Of a DNA stretch of 40,505 nt, positions 17,526 to 27,713 are shown in pieces. This DNA comes from Rickettsiales bacterium (lineage in GTDB: Bacteria > Pseudomonadota > Alphaproteobacteria > Rickettsiales > UBA1997), in NCBI GenBank assembly GCA_016778745.1, contig JADHOZ010000003.1, positions 1 to 40,505 of the forward strand. Reading direction: 5' to 3'. The number at the start of each line of letters is the position of its first letter. Within the stretch, counting starts at the first letter, position 1. The notes below the pieces were generated by a model. The model made no database searches. It worked only from the letters and a program-made list of their open reading frames with translations, and was not told the origin of the DNA. The translations under genes were made by a program, and so were the position numbers.

Positions 17526-20500
17526 TGGAAATATCAAAGTTCTTTATTAAACGCCCGATTTTTTCTTGGGTTCTGGCAATTATTGTGATGCTGGCCGGTT
17601 TGCTATCTATTTTTTCTATGCCTGTTGAGCAATATCCAAATATTGCTCCTCCTACTGTTTCTATTTCCACTTCTCTTCCTGGAGCTTCTGCGAAAGTTTT
17701 AGAAGATAGTGTGACGCAAATTATTGAGCAAAATCTATCGGGAATTGATTATTTACGTTATTTTGAATCAAGCAGCGATTCGGACGGTAATGTGAAAGTC
17801 GTTTTGACATTTGAACCAGAGGCAGATGTCAATATTGCGCAAGTGCAGGTACAAAATAAGTTGCAGGCAGCAATGCCATTACTTCCTATTGAGGTGCAAC
17901 AACAGGGTGTGAGGATTAATAAAGCAAATAATAATTTTTTGTTGGTTGTCGCTCTTTATTCAAAAGATGATAGATTTAATCAGGCAGATCTGGGTGATAT
18001 TTTATTAAGTGATTTAAAAGATTCTATTGCCAGGATTGATGGTGTAGGAAATGTTATTGTTTTTGGTAATCCAAAGGCGATGAGAATTTGGGTGGATCCG
18101 ATAAAATTATTTACTTATTCACTAAATATTTCTGAGGTTGTTAGTGCGATAAGAGAGCAAAATATTGATGTGAGTACGGGTCAATTGGGTGGGCTGCCTG
18201 CTGTTGATGGGCAACAAATTAATGCTGTTATTAATTCTAAGTCGAAATTACATGATGTTGCTGCATTTAATAATATTATTATTAGGGCTAAAGAGGATGG
18301 TTCAATTATTACGTTAGGTGATGTTGCAACGGTTGAGCTTGGTTCGGATAAATATAGTACTGTTGCTAGATATAAGCGGCACCCGGCGTCAGGTATGGCG
18401 GTTGTGTTGGCAAGTGGCGCTAATGCGTTGGAAACAGCAGATTTAATTAAAAAAAGAGTGTCGGAAATCGAGAAATTTTTGCCGAAAGGAGTTGGGGTTG
18501 TGTATCCTTATGATTCAACACCTTTCATTAAATTGTCAATTAAAGGTGTGGTTAAGACTTTATTTGAAGCGGTTTGTTTGGTGTTTTTGGTGATGTTGTT
18601 GTTTTTACAAAATTTTAGAGCAACTTTGGTGCCAACAATTGCTATTCCCGTTGTTTTGCTTGGGACGTTTGCGGTTTTAAATGCTTTTGGTTTTACGATT
18701 AATACGTTAACAATGTTTGCAGTTGTATTAGTAATTGGGTTGTTGGTGGATGATGCAATTGTGGTGGTAGAAAATGTTGAGAGGGTAATTCATGAAGAAA
18801 ATATGGATCCGAGACAGGCAACTAAATTGTCGATGAAACAAATTACGTCGGCTTTGATTGGGATTGCTTTGGTGTTATCTGCTGTGTTTGTGCCAATGGC
18901 GTTTTTTGGAGGGTTGACGGGTAAGATTTATCAGCAATTTTCAGTGACGATTGTTGTGGCGATGGCTTTGTCGGTTTTGGTGGCATTGATTCTATCTCCC
19001 TCTTTATGTGCAACTATTTTGCAAAATAAGGAAGAGCATGAAAAGGGGGTTAAATTTAAGGTTTTACAGATTTTTAATCAGAAATTAGAAAAATTTCGGG
19101 AAGTCTATGTTACCTATTGTCAGCATATTATTGATAATAAGAAAAAGGGCTTCGTGATATATGGTGTGGTGATTATTTTGTTGGTGTTGGTATTTAGAAT
19201 TTTGCCAACGGCGTTTTTGCCAAGTGAAGATCAAGGGACCATGTATCTCATGACTAAATCTCCTGCTGGCGCGACTATTGATAGAAGTTTGGACAGCTTG
19301 AAGAAAGTTGAGGATTATTTTTTGGATGTTGAGAAAGATAATGTGGATCATTTATTTACGGTAGCTGGTTTTAGTTTTGCAGGTAGAGCGCAAAATGTTG
19401 GATTTGGTTTTGTTGGCTTGAAAGAATGGGAAAAAAGGAAGGGATCAGAAAATTCTGTCGAAGCAATATCAAATAGAGCTTTTACTAGTTTGCAAGAGGT
19501 TAAAGATGCGTTGGTATTTACATTTTCTCCACCACCAATAAGGGAACTTGGTACTACTTCTGGATTTGATTTGCAGCTTTTGGATCGATCTGGTAAGGGG
19601 CATAACTTTTTGATGGAAGCTCGAAACCAGCTTCTTGAAAAAGCAAGTTTAAGTGAAATATTGGCTGGGGTTAGGCCAGAGGGACTTGAAGATGTAGCAG
19701 AATATCAAATTGATATTGATGATAAGAAAGCGATGAGTTTGGGAGTGAGTGTTAGCGATGTTAATGACGTATTGCAAGTAGGTTGGGGTTCACTTTATGT
19801 GAATGATTTTATTGATAAGGGCAGGGTGAAAAAGGTTTATTTGCAAGGGTTAGATAAATATCGAATGATGCCGGATGATTTATCAAAATGGTATATTAAA
19901 AATAAAGATTCACAAATGGTGCAATTGACTAATTTTGCTAAGGGTAAATGGAGTTATGGTTCGCCAAAGTTGGAAAGATTTGCTGGGTTTTCATCTGCCA
20001 GTATTAAGGGATCTGGTGCCGATGGTGTTAGCTCTGGAGAAGCAATTGCTAAAATGGAGGCGTTGATTAGTGAATTACCAGATGGAGTTGATCATTTTTG
20101 GAGTGGTATTTCTTATGAAGAAAAGAGACTGGGGTCTAGGACATTGATATTATATGCGATCTCTATTTTAGTGGTGTTTTTGTCTTTGGCGGCTTTGTAT
20201 GAGAGTTGGACAATTCCTTTTTCGGTGATTATGGTAGTGCCTTTTGGAGTATTAGGATCTGTGGTAATGGCTAAGTTATGTGGTATGAATAATGATGTTT
20301 ATTTTCAAATTGGGCTGTTAACTACTATTGGTTTGTCTGCTAAAAATGCTATTTTGATTGTTGAATTTGCCCGTGATTTAACGAAGCAAGGTGTTGAGTT
20401 GGTGGATGCGGTGTTAAGAGCGGCAACATTAAGATTTAGACCTATTTTAATGACTTCAATGGCGTTTTTACTTGGTATCATACCATTGGCAACATCTACC

Positions 20501-20632
20501 GGTGCTGGATCAGCTAGTCAGAAGGCGATTAGTATTGGTATTATTGGTGGAATGTTGATGGCGACATTTGTGGCTACTTTATTTGTGCCAATGTTTTTTG
20601 TGGTGATGCAGAAATTGGGAGGTAAAAAGTGA
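17525..20632 (+). CDS. acrB: RND efflux permease, HAE1 (AcrB-like)
   Basis: FFIKRPIF, QYP.IAPP; proton-relay motifs VDDAIVV, AKNAIL and RFRPILMT; 1035 aa. Confidence 0.95.
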   Translation: MEISKFFIKRPIFSWVLAIIVMLAGLLSIFSMPVEQYPNIAPPTVSISTSLPGASAKVLEDSVTQIIEQNLSGIDYLRYFESSSDSDGNVKVVLTFEPEADVNIAQVQVQNKLQAAMPLLPIEVQQQGVRINKANNNFLLVVALYSKDDRFNQADLGDILLSDLKDSIARIDGVGNVIVFGNPKAMRIWVDPIKLFTYSLNISEVVSAIREQNIDVSTGQLGGLPAVDGQQINAVINSKSKLHDVAAFNNIIIRAKEDGSIITLGDVATVELGSDKYSTVARYKRHPASGMAVVLASGANALETADLIKKRVSEIEKFLPKGVGVVYPYDSTPFIKLSIKGVVKTLFEAVCLVFLVMLLFLQNFRATLVPTIAIPVVLLGTFAVLNAFGFTINTLTMFAVVLVIGLLVDDAIVVVENVERVIHEENMDPRQATKLSMKQITSALIGIALVLSAVFVPMAFFGGLTGKIYQQFSVTIVVAMALSVLVALILSPSLCATILQNKEEHEKGVKFKVLQIFNQKLEKFREVYVTYCQHIIDNKKKGFVIYGVVIILLVLVFRILPTAFLPSEDQGTMYLMTKSPAGATIDRSLDSLKKVEDYFLDVEKDNVDHLFTVAGFSFAGRAQNVGFGFVGLKEWEKRKGSENSVEAISNRAFTSLQEVKDALVFTFSPPPIRELGTTSGFDLQLLDRSGKGHNFLMEARNQLLEKASLSEILAGVRPEGLEDVAEYQIDIDDKKAMSLGVSVSDVNDVLQVGWGSLYVNDFIDKGRVKKVYLQGLDKYRMMPDDLSKWYIKNKDSQMVQLTNFAKGKWSYGSPKLERFAGFSSASIKGSGADGVSSGEAIAKMEALISELPDGVDHFWSGISYEEKRLGSRTLILYAISILVVFLSLAALYESWTIPFSVIMVVPFGVLGSVVMAKLCGMNNDVYFQIGLLTTIGLSAKNAILIVEFARDLTKQGVELVDAVLRAATLRFRPILMTSMAFLLGIIPLATSTGAGSASQKAISIGIIGGMLMATFVATLFVPMFFVVMQKLGGKK

Positions 20633-21993
20633 GAATATTAGCAATTGGATTATTATTGTTTGTTTTGTCTTGTAGTCTTGAACCAAAATATGAGGCGCCA
20701 CAGGTTGATGTTAATTTGAAAGAATTTGAGAAAGGTAGTGTTAGGGTGAGTGAGGTTTCGTGGCAGGAATTTTTCGGTAGTTATGATTTGAAGAGGGTGA
20801 TTGATATTGTTTTAAAGAATAATCGTGATTTAAAAATTGGGGATTTAAATATCGGTGTTGCGAAGAAAAATCATGCAATCAGGATATCTGATTTATTGCC
20901 TAATATTAATGCTGGGGCATCATACACTAGAAGAAAATTGCCGGGAAGCTTTAGTCGCTTTGCTGCTTCTAGGCAATATAATGTAAATTTGGCGTCACTT
21001 TCTTATGAGTTGGACTTTTTTGGTCGACTGCGAAGTTTGAAGTCATCAGCTTTGGAAGATTATTTAGCGAGTCAAGAAGCAAGAAAATCAATACAGCTTT
21101 CTTTGATATCAGAGGCGGTGGACAGTTATTTAAATTTGATTTTGGATAGGGAGCTTTTGCTTATGTTGAAATCTAGTGTTGCGTTGCAGGAATTGCGATA
21201 TGATTTGATTCGTAAGAGATATAATAATGGTGTGTCAAAGGTGACAGAAGAAATTGCCGCGAGAATTGAGCTTGAGAATGTTAAAATTAATTATGAAGAT
21301 TATAAAAATCGAGTTTTGGAAGATGAGAATCAGTTGCTTAATTTGATGGCCTCTTATGATAGGGATTTATTACCGGATGAAAATATTAGGATTTTGCGAG
21401 TGAAGGCGAGAGAAGAATTGTTAGAATTTGTAGTGTCAAAAACGCTATTACAAAGGCCAGATATTCAACAAGCAGAGCATAATTTAAGATCGGCTAATGC
21501 TTTGATTGGAGCATCTAGGGCTGCGTTTTTTCCGTCAATTACTTTGAGTGGGGATTATGGTTATACATCGGTGGAGTTTGAAAATTTATTTGACTCAAGT
21601 ACTTGGAATTTTATGCCACAAATTAATGTGCCAATTTTTAATGCTGGTAGAAATCAGGCAACATTAGATATTGCAAAATTAAGAAAAAATGTCGAAGTTG
21701 TGAAATATGAGCAGGTGATTCAAAATGCTTTTGAAGAGACACTAAATGCTTTGCAACTTAGAAAAACATTGGCTTTTCAGACGAAATCATATGGTAATAT
21801 TCTAAAATCTAAGGAGAGATTACTTAATATTACTAAAAAGAATAAACAATATGGTTTGGCAAGTAAAATTGATGTTTTGGAAGCTAGATTAGGGTATTTA
21901 GAGGCCAAAAGAGCGTATTTACAGTCAGAAAAGGATTATTTTGTGAGTTTGGTTAATATTTATAAGGCTCTTGGCGGAGGCAGTGCCATTTAA
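20629..21993 (+). CDS. Outer-membrane efflux lipoprotein (NodT/OprM family)
   Basis: Lipobox VLSC, W..FF, N.DL, ELDFFGR, RPDI..AE, AFFPSITL and YKALGGG; GTGA overlap. Confidence 0.93.
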   Translation: MRILAIGLLLFVLSCSLEPKYEAPQVDVNLKEFEKGSVRVSEVSWQEFFGSYDLKRVIDIVLKNNRDLKIGDLNIGVAKKNHAIRISDLLPNINAGASYTRRKLPGSFSRFAASRQYNVNLASLSYELDFFGRLRSLKSSALEDYLASQEARKSIQLSLISEAVDSYLNLILDRELLLMLKSSVALQELRYDLIRKRYNNGVSKVTEEIAARIELENVKINYEDYKNRVLEDENQLLNLMASYDRDLLPDENIRILRVKAREELLEFVVSKTLLQRPDIQQAEHNLRSANALIGASRAAFFPSITLSGDYGYTSVEFENLFDSSTWNFMPQINVPIFNAGRNQATLDIAKLRKNVEVVKYEQVIQNAFEETLNALQLRKTLAFQTKSYGNILKSKERLLNITKKNKQYGLASKIDVLEARLGYLEAKRAYLQSEKDYFVSLVNIYKALGGGSAI

Positions 21994-22006
21994 TTTGGAG
22001 AATGTC

Positions 22007-22510
22007 ATGTTGGAAAGGAATCATTTGGTTAACAGTATTGGTGATGTTTTTGATCAATATAAAAAGATGATTCTTGCTATTGGGGTCGATGTTTTTTGTA
22101 AAGATTGTCATCATTCTTCTTCGTTGGGGGCTCATGTTAGACATGTTTTGGATAGAGCTAATTGCGTTGTTGAGGGGTTTGAGTTTGGGGAGATTGATTA
22201 CGATAATAGAAGAAGGCAATCAGCGTTAGAAACGAATCCAGAATTATGTGTGCAAGAATTTGACAGGATATTTTGGTTGATAAAAGAGTTTGATGGTGAT
22301 GTGAAAAATGAGGTTGAGGTTAGTGAAACGGCGAATGAAGATGGTATGAAGGTTAGGTTAAAATCTAGTTTTGAACGGGAATTTTGGGATATTGTTTTAC
22401 ACGGCGTTCATCATTTGGCGACGATTAAGTTTATCTTAGAAAAAAATGGGGTTGTGGTCGATAAGGATTTTGGCAAGAATATGTCGACTGTTATTTATGA
22501 AAGAGGATAG
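22007..22510 (+). CDS. DinB/YfiT-like four-helix metalloprotein
   Basis: SLGAHVRHVLD, IDYD.R.R, SSFERE...HGVHHLA and FG...ST. Start ATG 22007 with a GGAG RBS. Confidence 0.85.
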   Translation: MLERNHLVNSIGDVFDQYKKMILAIGVDVFCKDCHHSSSLGAHVRHVLDRANCVVEGFEFGEIDYDNRRRQSALETNPELCVQEFDRIFWLIKEFDGDVKNEVEVSETANEDGMKVRLKSSFEREFWDIVLHGVHHLATIKFILEKNGVVVDKDFGKNMSTVIYERG

Positions 22511-22518
22511 TTGTTTTT

Positions 22519-23202
22519 ATGTGTACGTTATTGATTTTAAAACAAGATGATAACGCTATTGCGGTGATGAATCGTGATGATGCTAAGGTGCGTTTTGAGG
22601 AAGCTCCTAGGGAGTTTGAAGGTGGGGTTTCGTCTCCGGTGGATGTGCGATCTGGTGGTACTTGGATTGGTGTTAATAAAAATAATGTGTCTGGGTTTTT
22701 GTTAAATCGTTATGATGAGTGTGAGGTTGATAACAAGAAAAGTAGGGGTGAGATTGTTTTGAAGGTTTTGGCTGAGGGGAGATTTGAGAGCTGCGTTTCT
22801 TGCGTTGGTAAAATGGATTTGGGGTGCTTTATGCCCTTTTCTTTGGTGTTGTTTGATGGTGTTAGAATTTGTCGATTTGATTGGAATGGTTCTATTTTGT
22901 CGAAAGAAGATTTGGTGTTGGAGGACTATTTTGTTTTGACATCTTCATCTCTTAAAACGAAAGAAATTCAACAATGGCGTTATGAAAGGTTTAATGATTG
23001 GAATAAGGGTGGTAGGAAATTTGTTGGAGATCTTCCTTTATTTAATGTGTTGCAAGTTAAGGGTTGTGAGGATTATTCTGTGATGGTTGAAAGACCTAGC
23101 GTATGTACTTTGAGTATTACTAAGCTTTGTTTTAATAGTGAAAGGGTGGATATTGAGTATTTACCGCGTGAAGAAATAATAGAGTTAATTGTAAATGACT
23201 AA
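22519..23202 (+). CDS. NRDE/TANGO2 family protein (Ntn-hydrolase-like fold)
   Basis: N-terminal MCT, NRDD, D..SGGTWIGVN, LLN, SRG.IV, PFSL, SSS and TLS. Confidence 0.88.
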   Translation: MCTLLILKQDDNAIAVMNRDDAKVRFEEAPREFEGGVSSPVDVRSGGTWIGVNKNNVSGFLLNRYDECEVDNKKSRGEIVLKVLAEGRFESCVSCVGKMDLGCFMPFSLVLFDGVRICRFDWNGSILSKEDLVLEDYFVLTSSSLKTKEIQQWRYERFNDWNKGGRKFVGDLPLFNVLQVKGCEDYSVMVERPSVCTLSITKLCFNSERVDIEYLPREEIIELIVND

Positions 23203-26200
23203 TATTTATCCGCTAACCCGACAACAGCAAGGTCTTTGGGTTGAATGGAAAAGAAACGCCAACGATATTTCCTACAATACTTGCGTGCAAGTTGAGATGG
23301 AAGGGGAGTTGGATGTTGAGAGATTTAAGCAGGCTGCCAATAATGCAGTTGAGCATTTTGATATGTTGAGAGCTTATTTAGTTGAAGAAGATTTAAAGCC
23401 TTATTTGGCTTTTGGTGATGAAAAATATGAGCTGCCATTTACTGATTTTTCCGAAGGTGATATTGAAAGTGATTTATTAAGAAAAAAAGCCATTAAGTTT
23501 CTTGATGATATTAGGCTGAAGCCGATTCCTTTGGATGAATATCCGTTGGTGAATGCGCATTTGGTTAAAACGGCTAAAAATAAATTTTATTTTATTGGCG
23601 TCGTGCCGCATTTGATCTCGGATGGTGTGTCGGCGGTGATGTTTTTACAAAGTTTGTCGGCTTGTTACAATCATGGCAAAGCATATTTAAAAGAAAATTT
23701 TTCTTATGAAGGTGTTTCGTGGGTTGATTATTTAAAGCTTTGCGATGAAAAATTTCCGCAAGAAAAATATGATGAGGCTTATGAATATTGGGCGAGTAGT
23801 TTGGCAAATGTGACGCATAAGGTTGATATTGGGAATAAACCTTGTCATAGGCAGTCAAATTTGGGATCGAGGTTTAAATTTGATGCGAGTGTTGAAGTGT
23901 TTGCGCGTTTAAAAAAGATTGCTAGGGCGAATAAGACAGGGTTTTTTTCGGTGATTTCGGCTAGTTTAGCGGCCTTTATTTCGAGATATTATGCACCTGA
24001 GGATATGGTGATTGGATATCCAGTGAATTTAAGGCCGGCTGGTTATCGTAATGCTTTTGGGTTTTATGTTAATGTTTTGCCTTTGAAGATTGGGTTTGAT
24101 AAGGGAGATAGTTTTAATGATTTGGTTAGGAAGTCTCACGAGCAAAGGAAGTTGGATAAGGAATTTCAATATTTGCCATCTATTGATATTATTAGAAGCA
24201 AGAGGCGCAGTGATACTAGTTTTGATGGTCAGATGTTTAATGTTTCGATGGCTCAGACCGTGTCTAGATTGCAAAATTTAGAATTGGAAAATATTAAATC
24301 AACGTCGCTGGATAATGAAACTATTGAGATTAAAGATGATTTGTCGTTGATTTATGAGGTGAGAGAAGATGGGATTTCATTTTGGTTTGAATATTTAAAA
24401 GAGATATTTGATGAGAGTCAAATAGCCGATATGGCGCAAAATTTTGTGACTCTTTTGGAAGGGATGGTGGATGATCCGGATAGATCGATTGGTGATATTG
24501 ATTTGGTTTTAGAAAATGTTAGTGAAGGGTTGAGAGAAAAGTTTGTCGGTCTTGATATTATTAGTGAATTTAAGAAAGCGGTTGCAAATAACTATGATGT
24601 TGATGCGTTGATATTTAACGATCAAAGGATTTCTTACCGAGAGCTTGATAAAAGATCGGATTCATTGGCAAAATATTTAGCGCAGAATGTTGTGCAAAGT
24701 GAGAGATTTATTGCCTTGGCTTTACCTTACTCGGTAGAGAGGATAGTGGCGATATTGGCGGTTTTAAAGGCTGGATTTGCTTACATTCCAATTGGGGAGG
24801 AAACGCCAATTGAGAGGATTAACACTATTATTGAAGATAGTGGGGTTTTGACTTTAGTTTCTTTGCAAAGGATTGCTGTGGGTGTAGCAAATATTGTTCT
24901 TGGTGATTTAAATTTAAGTGACGATGCATTTGAGGTAAGGAAAAGTGAATTGGCTTATGTTATTTACACTTCTGGCTCTACCGGAAAGCCAAAGGGTGTG
25001 TTGGTTGAGCAAGATAAGGTGGTGGCGCGTATTAATTGGTTGAAGAAGGAATTTCCACTTCGTGCTAAAGATAAGGTGTTGCAAAGTACTAGCTATTCTT
25101 TTGATGTGAGTGTGGCGGAGATATTTTGGCCACTTTTAAGTGGTGCAACATTGGTGATTTTAGATGAAGAAAAACGCAAAGATTTTCGTTACCAGGCAGA
25201 TTTGATTGAAGAACATCAGATAAAGGCTGCTTGTATGGTTCCTTCAGCTATTTTGGCGTTGTTAAAGGCGGTTGAGAGGGATTTGCCATTTAGATATTTG
25301 TTGAGTGCGGGTGAGGCGATGAGTCGGGAATTGGTTGAGCAATATTACAAATATGGTGCGCAAGGTAGTTTGTATAATGTTTATGGACCGACCGAGGCTG
25401 TTATTTATGCGTCTGTTAAGAAGGTTTTAAAGGGTGATAAAATTACGATTGGTAAGGCAATTGATAATAGTCGATTGTATGTTTTAAATGACAAATTAAA
25501 GATGCAGCCCAAAAATGCGGTTGGCGAGCTGTGTATTGGTGGTGATGCGTTGGCGCTTGGTTATTTACATCAAGATCAGTTGACGAAGGATCGGTTTGTG
25601 GATAGTCCTTACGGGAAAGGCAAATTATATCGCACAGGGGATTTGGTGAGTTTTAGCGATAATTTGGAGGTTCAATATTATGGGCGCATTGATTCGCAGG
25701 TGAAAATTAGAGGTTATCGTATTGAGATTGGTGAAATTGAGTCAATATTGTTAGATATTTTGGAAATAGAAGAGGTGGTTGTTTTTGTAAATGAAAATAG
25801 TCAACTTGTTGCGGCTGTTGTTGTAAGTGGTGATGTGAGTGATGAGGATATTAAGAAGTATTTGTCAAAATTTTTGCCATCTTACATGGTGGTGCAATTT
25901 TTGGTTAGATTTGATGAATTGCCAAAATTGGATAGTGGTAAGATTAATAAGAAATTGGTGCAAAATATTGCTAAAGATAAAATTTTAGATGTGGTGGTAA
26001 GTAGGGAGATTATTAAGGCGAAAACTGATAAAGAAAAAATGATGGCCAAGATTTGGTCGGATGTTTTGCGAGTTGATTTGGATGTGGTTGGCATTAATAG
26101 TAATTTTTTTGAGCTTGGCGGGGATTCGTTGATGATTATTGAGCTTGAATGTCTGGCTGAGAGACAAGGGATTTATTTGGATAGTAGGGTGATGTTTAAA

Positions 26201-27493
26201 AACCCGACAATAGCTGCTTTATTAGAAAATGCTTCTGACAAGCCAATCAATAAATTTAATCAGGAAATGGTTGAAGGACAAATTGGGCTTTTGCCACGCC
26301 AGATTAAGTTTTTTGAGGATGGTTTTGCAAAGCCAGATCAGTGGAGTAGGTGCGTGGTGGTCGAATCGAAAAGAGAGATTGATGTTGCTAAATTTAGAGA
26401 GTCTTTAAAAGAGGTGATGGATCATCATGATTCACTTCGTGTGTCGTTTGAAAAAATTAATGGTAAGTGGGTTGGTAATAATCATGGCTCAATTGATGCG
26501 GTTGTGAATGTCCATGATTTAGGTGATAAGAATTTGGATGATGAGTTAACCAGAGAAATTTTAAATAAGGAATTAGCGAGTTTTGATCTTGGCAAAGCGC
26601 CTTTGATTAAGGCTGTGTATTTGAAGTTTAAAAAACATGCAAGGATTGCGTTGATGGTGCATCATTTGTTGCTTGACATGAGGTCAATGAGGATCATTTT
26701 GGAAGATTTGATGATGAATTTTATGGCGAAAATGCAAGGTCAGACGTTTGAATTTAGTTACAAGACGTCTTCGGTGAGTGATTATTTGGCGGCTTTGAAT
26801 AGGCATCTTGAAGGTGATTTTGACAGTGAAATTGATTATTGGGTTGGTGAGTTGGGGCCGAGTCAAGATGAGATTGATGTGAAGGAAAGCGACATGGATT
26901 TTAGAAATGTGAGTTTGGATAAGAAACGTACAAAAGAACTGATTCAGTTGGCGGCGCAACATGATGTGTCGCTGCACGAGGTTTTGTTGGCTAAATTTGC
27001 TAATCGCTATTTTGAAATATTTGGTCAGGATTTGGTGCTTAATACTTGTTTTCATGGGCGAGATCAGTTTTTGGACGGCGTTAAGATTAGTAAAACGGTT
27101 GGGTGGTTTAATACGGTTTTTCCGGTTCGCATCAAACAAAATCAAGGTGATCTTTTTGGTTATTTGAAGGATAAATTAAAAAATATTCCAAGCAGGTCAC
27201 TTAATTATTTGCCGCTTCGCTTTTTGAAAAAAGAGGAGAGATTGGTTGGTTTGGCTGAGCCGAAAATATTTTTTAATTATGTGAGTAAAATTGATCGGGA
27301 ATTGCCGAAAGAATTTAGTGCAAAATTGCCGTTAAAAATTATTAATGTTGATGGTCTTGAGGTGATTGATAAGAGTGAAAAATCTTGCTACGAACTTTAT
27401 GTTGAAGCAGCAATTATTGATGAAAAATTGCAGGCAAAAATTGGGTATTTGAGGGGGAAATATGATGAAAGATGGGTGGAGAGTTTATTTTAG
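23195..27493 (+). CDS. Monomodular non-ribosomal peptide synthetase: C-A-PCP-epimerase-like
   Basis: C: PHLISDG, FGFYVNVLPL. A: YTSGSTGKPKG, SFDVS, YGPTE, YRTGD, VKIRGYRIE, SGK. PCP: FFELGGDSL. E-like: HHLLLD, HGRD, TVGWF, FNY. Confidence 0.93.
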   Translation: MTNIYPLTRQQQGLWVEWKRNANDISYNTCVQVEMEGELDVERFKQAANNAVEHFDMLRAYLVEEDLKPYLAFGDEKYELPFTDFSEGDIESDLLRKKAIKFLDDIRLKPIPLDEYPLVNAHLVKTAKNKFYFIGVVPHLISDGVSAVMFLQSLSACYNHGKAYLKENFSYEGVSWVDYLKLCDEKFPQEKYDEAYEYWASSLANVTHKVDIGNKPCHRQSNLGSRFKFDASVEVFARLKKIARANKTGFFSVISASLAAFISRYYAPEDMVIGYPVNLRPAGYRNAFGFYVNVLPLKIGFDKGDSFNDLVRKSHEQRKLDKEFQYLPSIDIIRSKRRSDTSFDGQMFNVSMAQTVSRLQNLELENIKSTSLDNETIEIKDDLSLIYEVREDGISFWFEYLKEIFDESQIADMAQNFVTLLEGMVDDPDRSIGDIDLVLENVSEGLREKFVGLDIISEFKKAVANNYDVDALIFNDQRISYRELDKRSDSLAKYLAQNVVQSERFIALALPYSVERIVAILAVLKAGFAYIPIGEETPIERINTIIEDSGVLTLVSLQRIAVGVANIVLGDLNLSDDAFEVRKSELAYVIYTSGSTGKPKGVLVEQDKVVARINWLKKEFPLRAKDKVLQSTSYSFDVSVAEIFWPLLSGATLVILDEEKRKDFRYQADLIEEHQIKAACMVPSAILALLKAVERDLPFRYLLSAGEAMSRELVEQYYKYGAQGSLYNVYGPTEAVIYASVKKVLKGDKITIGKAIDNSRLYVLNDKLKMQPKNAVGELCIGGDALALGYLHQDQLTKDRFVDSPYGKGKLYRTGDLVSFSDNLEVQYYGRIDSQVKIRGYRIEIGEIESILLDILEIEEVVVFVNENSQLVAAVVVSGDVSDEDIKKYLSKFLPSYMVVQFLVRFDELPKLDSGKINKKLVQNIAKDKILDVVVSREIIKAKTDKEKMMAKIWSDVLRVDLDVVGINSNFFELGGDSLMIIELECLAERQGIYLDSRVMFKNPTIAALLENASDKPINKFNQEMVEGQIGLLPRQIKFFEDGFAKPDQWSRCVVVESKREIDVAKFRESLKEVMDHHDSLRVSFEKINGKWVGNNHGSIDAVVNVHDLGDKNLDDELTREILNKELASFDLGKAPLIKAVYLKFKKHARIALMVHHLLLDMRSMRIILEDLMMNFMAKMQGQTFEFSYKTSSVSDYLAALNRHLEGDFDSEIDYWVGELGPSQDEIDVKESDMDFRNVSLDKKRTKELIQLAAQHDVSLHEVLLAKFANRYFEIFGQDLVLNTCFHGRDQFLDGVKISKTVGWFNTVFPVRIKQNQGDLFGYLKDKLKNIPSRSLNYLPLRFLKKEERLVGLAEPKIFFNYVSKIDRELPKEFSAKLPLKIINVDGLEVIDKSEKSCYELYVEAAIIDEKLQAKIGYLRGKYDERWVESLF

Positions 27494-27540
27494 TCTATCT
27501 TTAAGAGTAGATGCTTTGGAGCCTTTATTTTAGATGCCTA

Positions 27541-27566
27541 ATTTCTTGCAGGTACCTGCAAGAAAT
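27541..27566. terminator. Perfect palindrome after the NRPS operon
   Basis: ATTTCTTGCAGGT/ACCTGCAAGAAAT, a 26-bp perfect inverted repeat about 48 bp after the stop. Confidence 0.6.
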
Positions 27567-27713
27567 GTCAAAAATCGTGTTATTTTTATGGTGTAGTTGG
27601 GTGATATTTGGCTCATAAAATAATCTGATCATTTTAGTGGATTTATTTTATTGTCGTTGTAAGATTTTTTAGCGTTTATTTAGTTATTGAAAATTTTATT
27701 TATGTTGTCCTAA

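Noticed and set aside
7765-27167. Other small overlapping ORFs within long genes (e.g. 10385-10618, 19085-19351, 26684-27145)
   Set aside because: They are shadows of well-supported genes and have no motifs.
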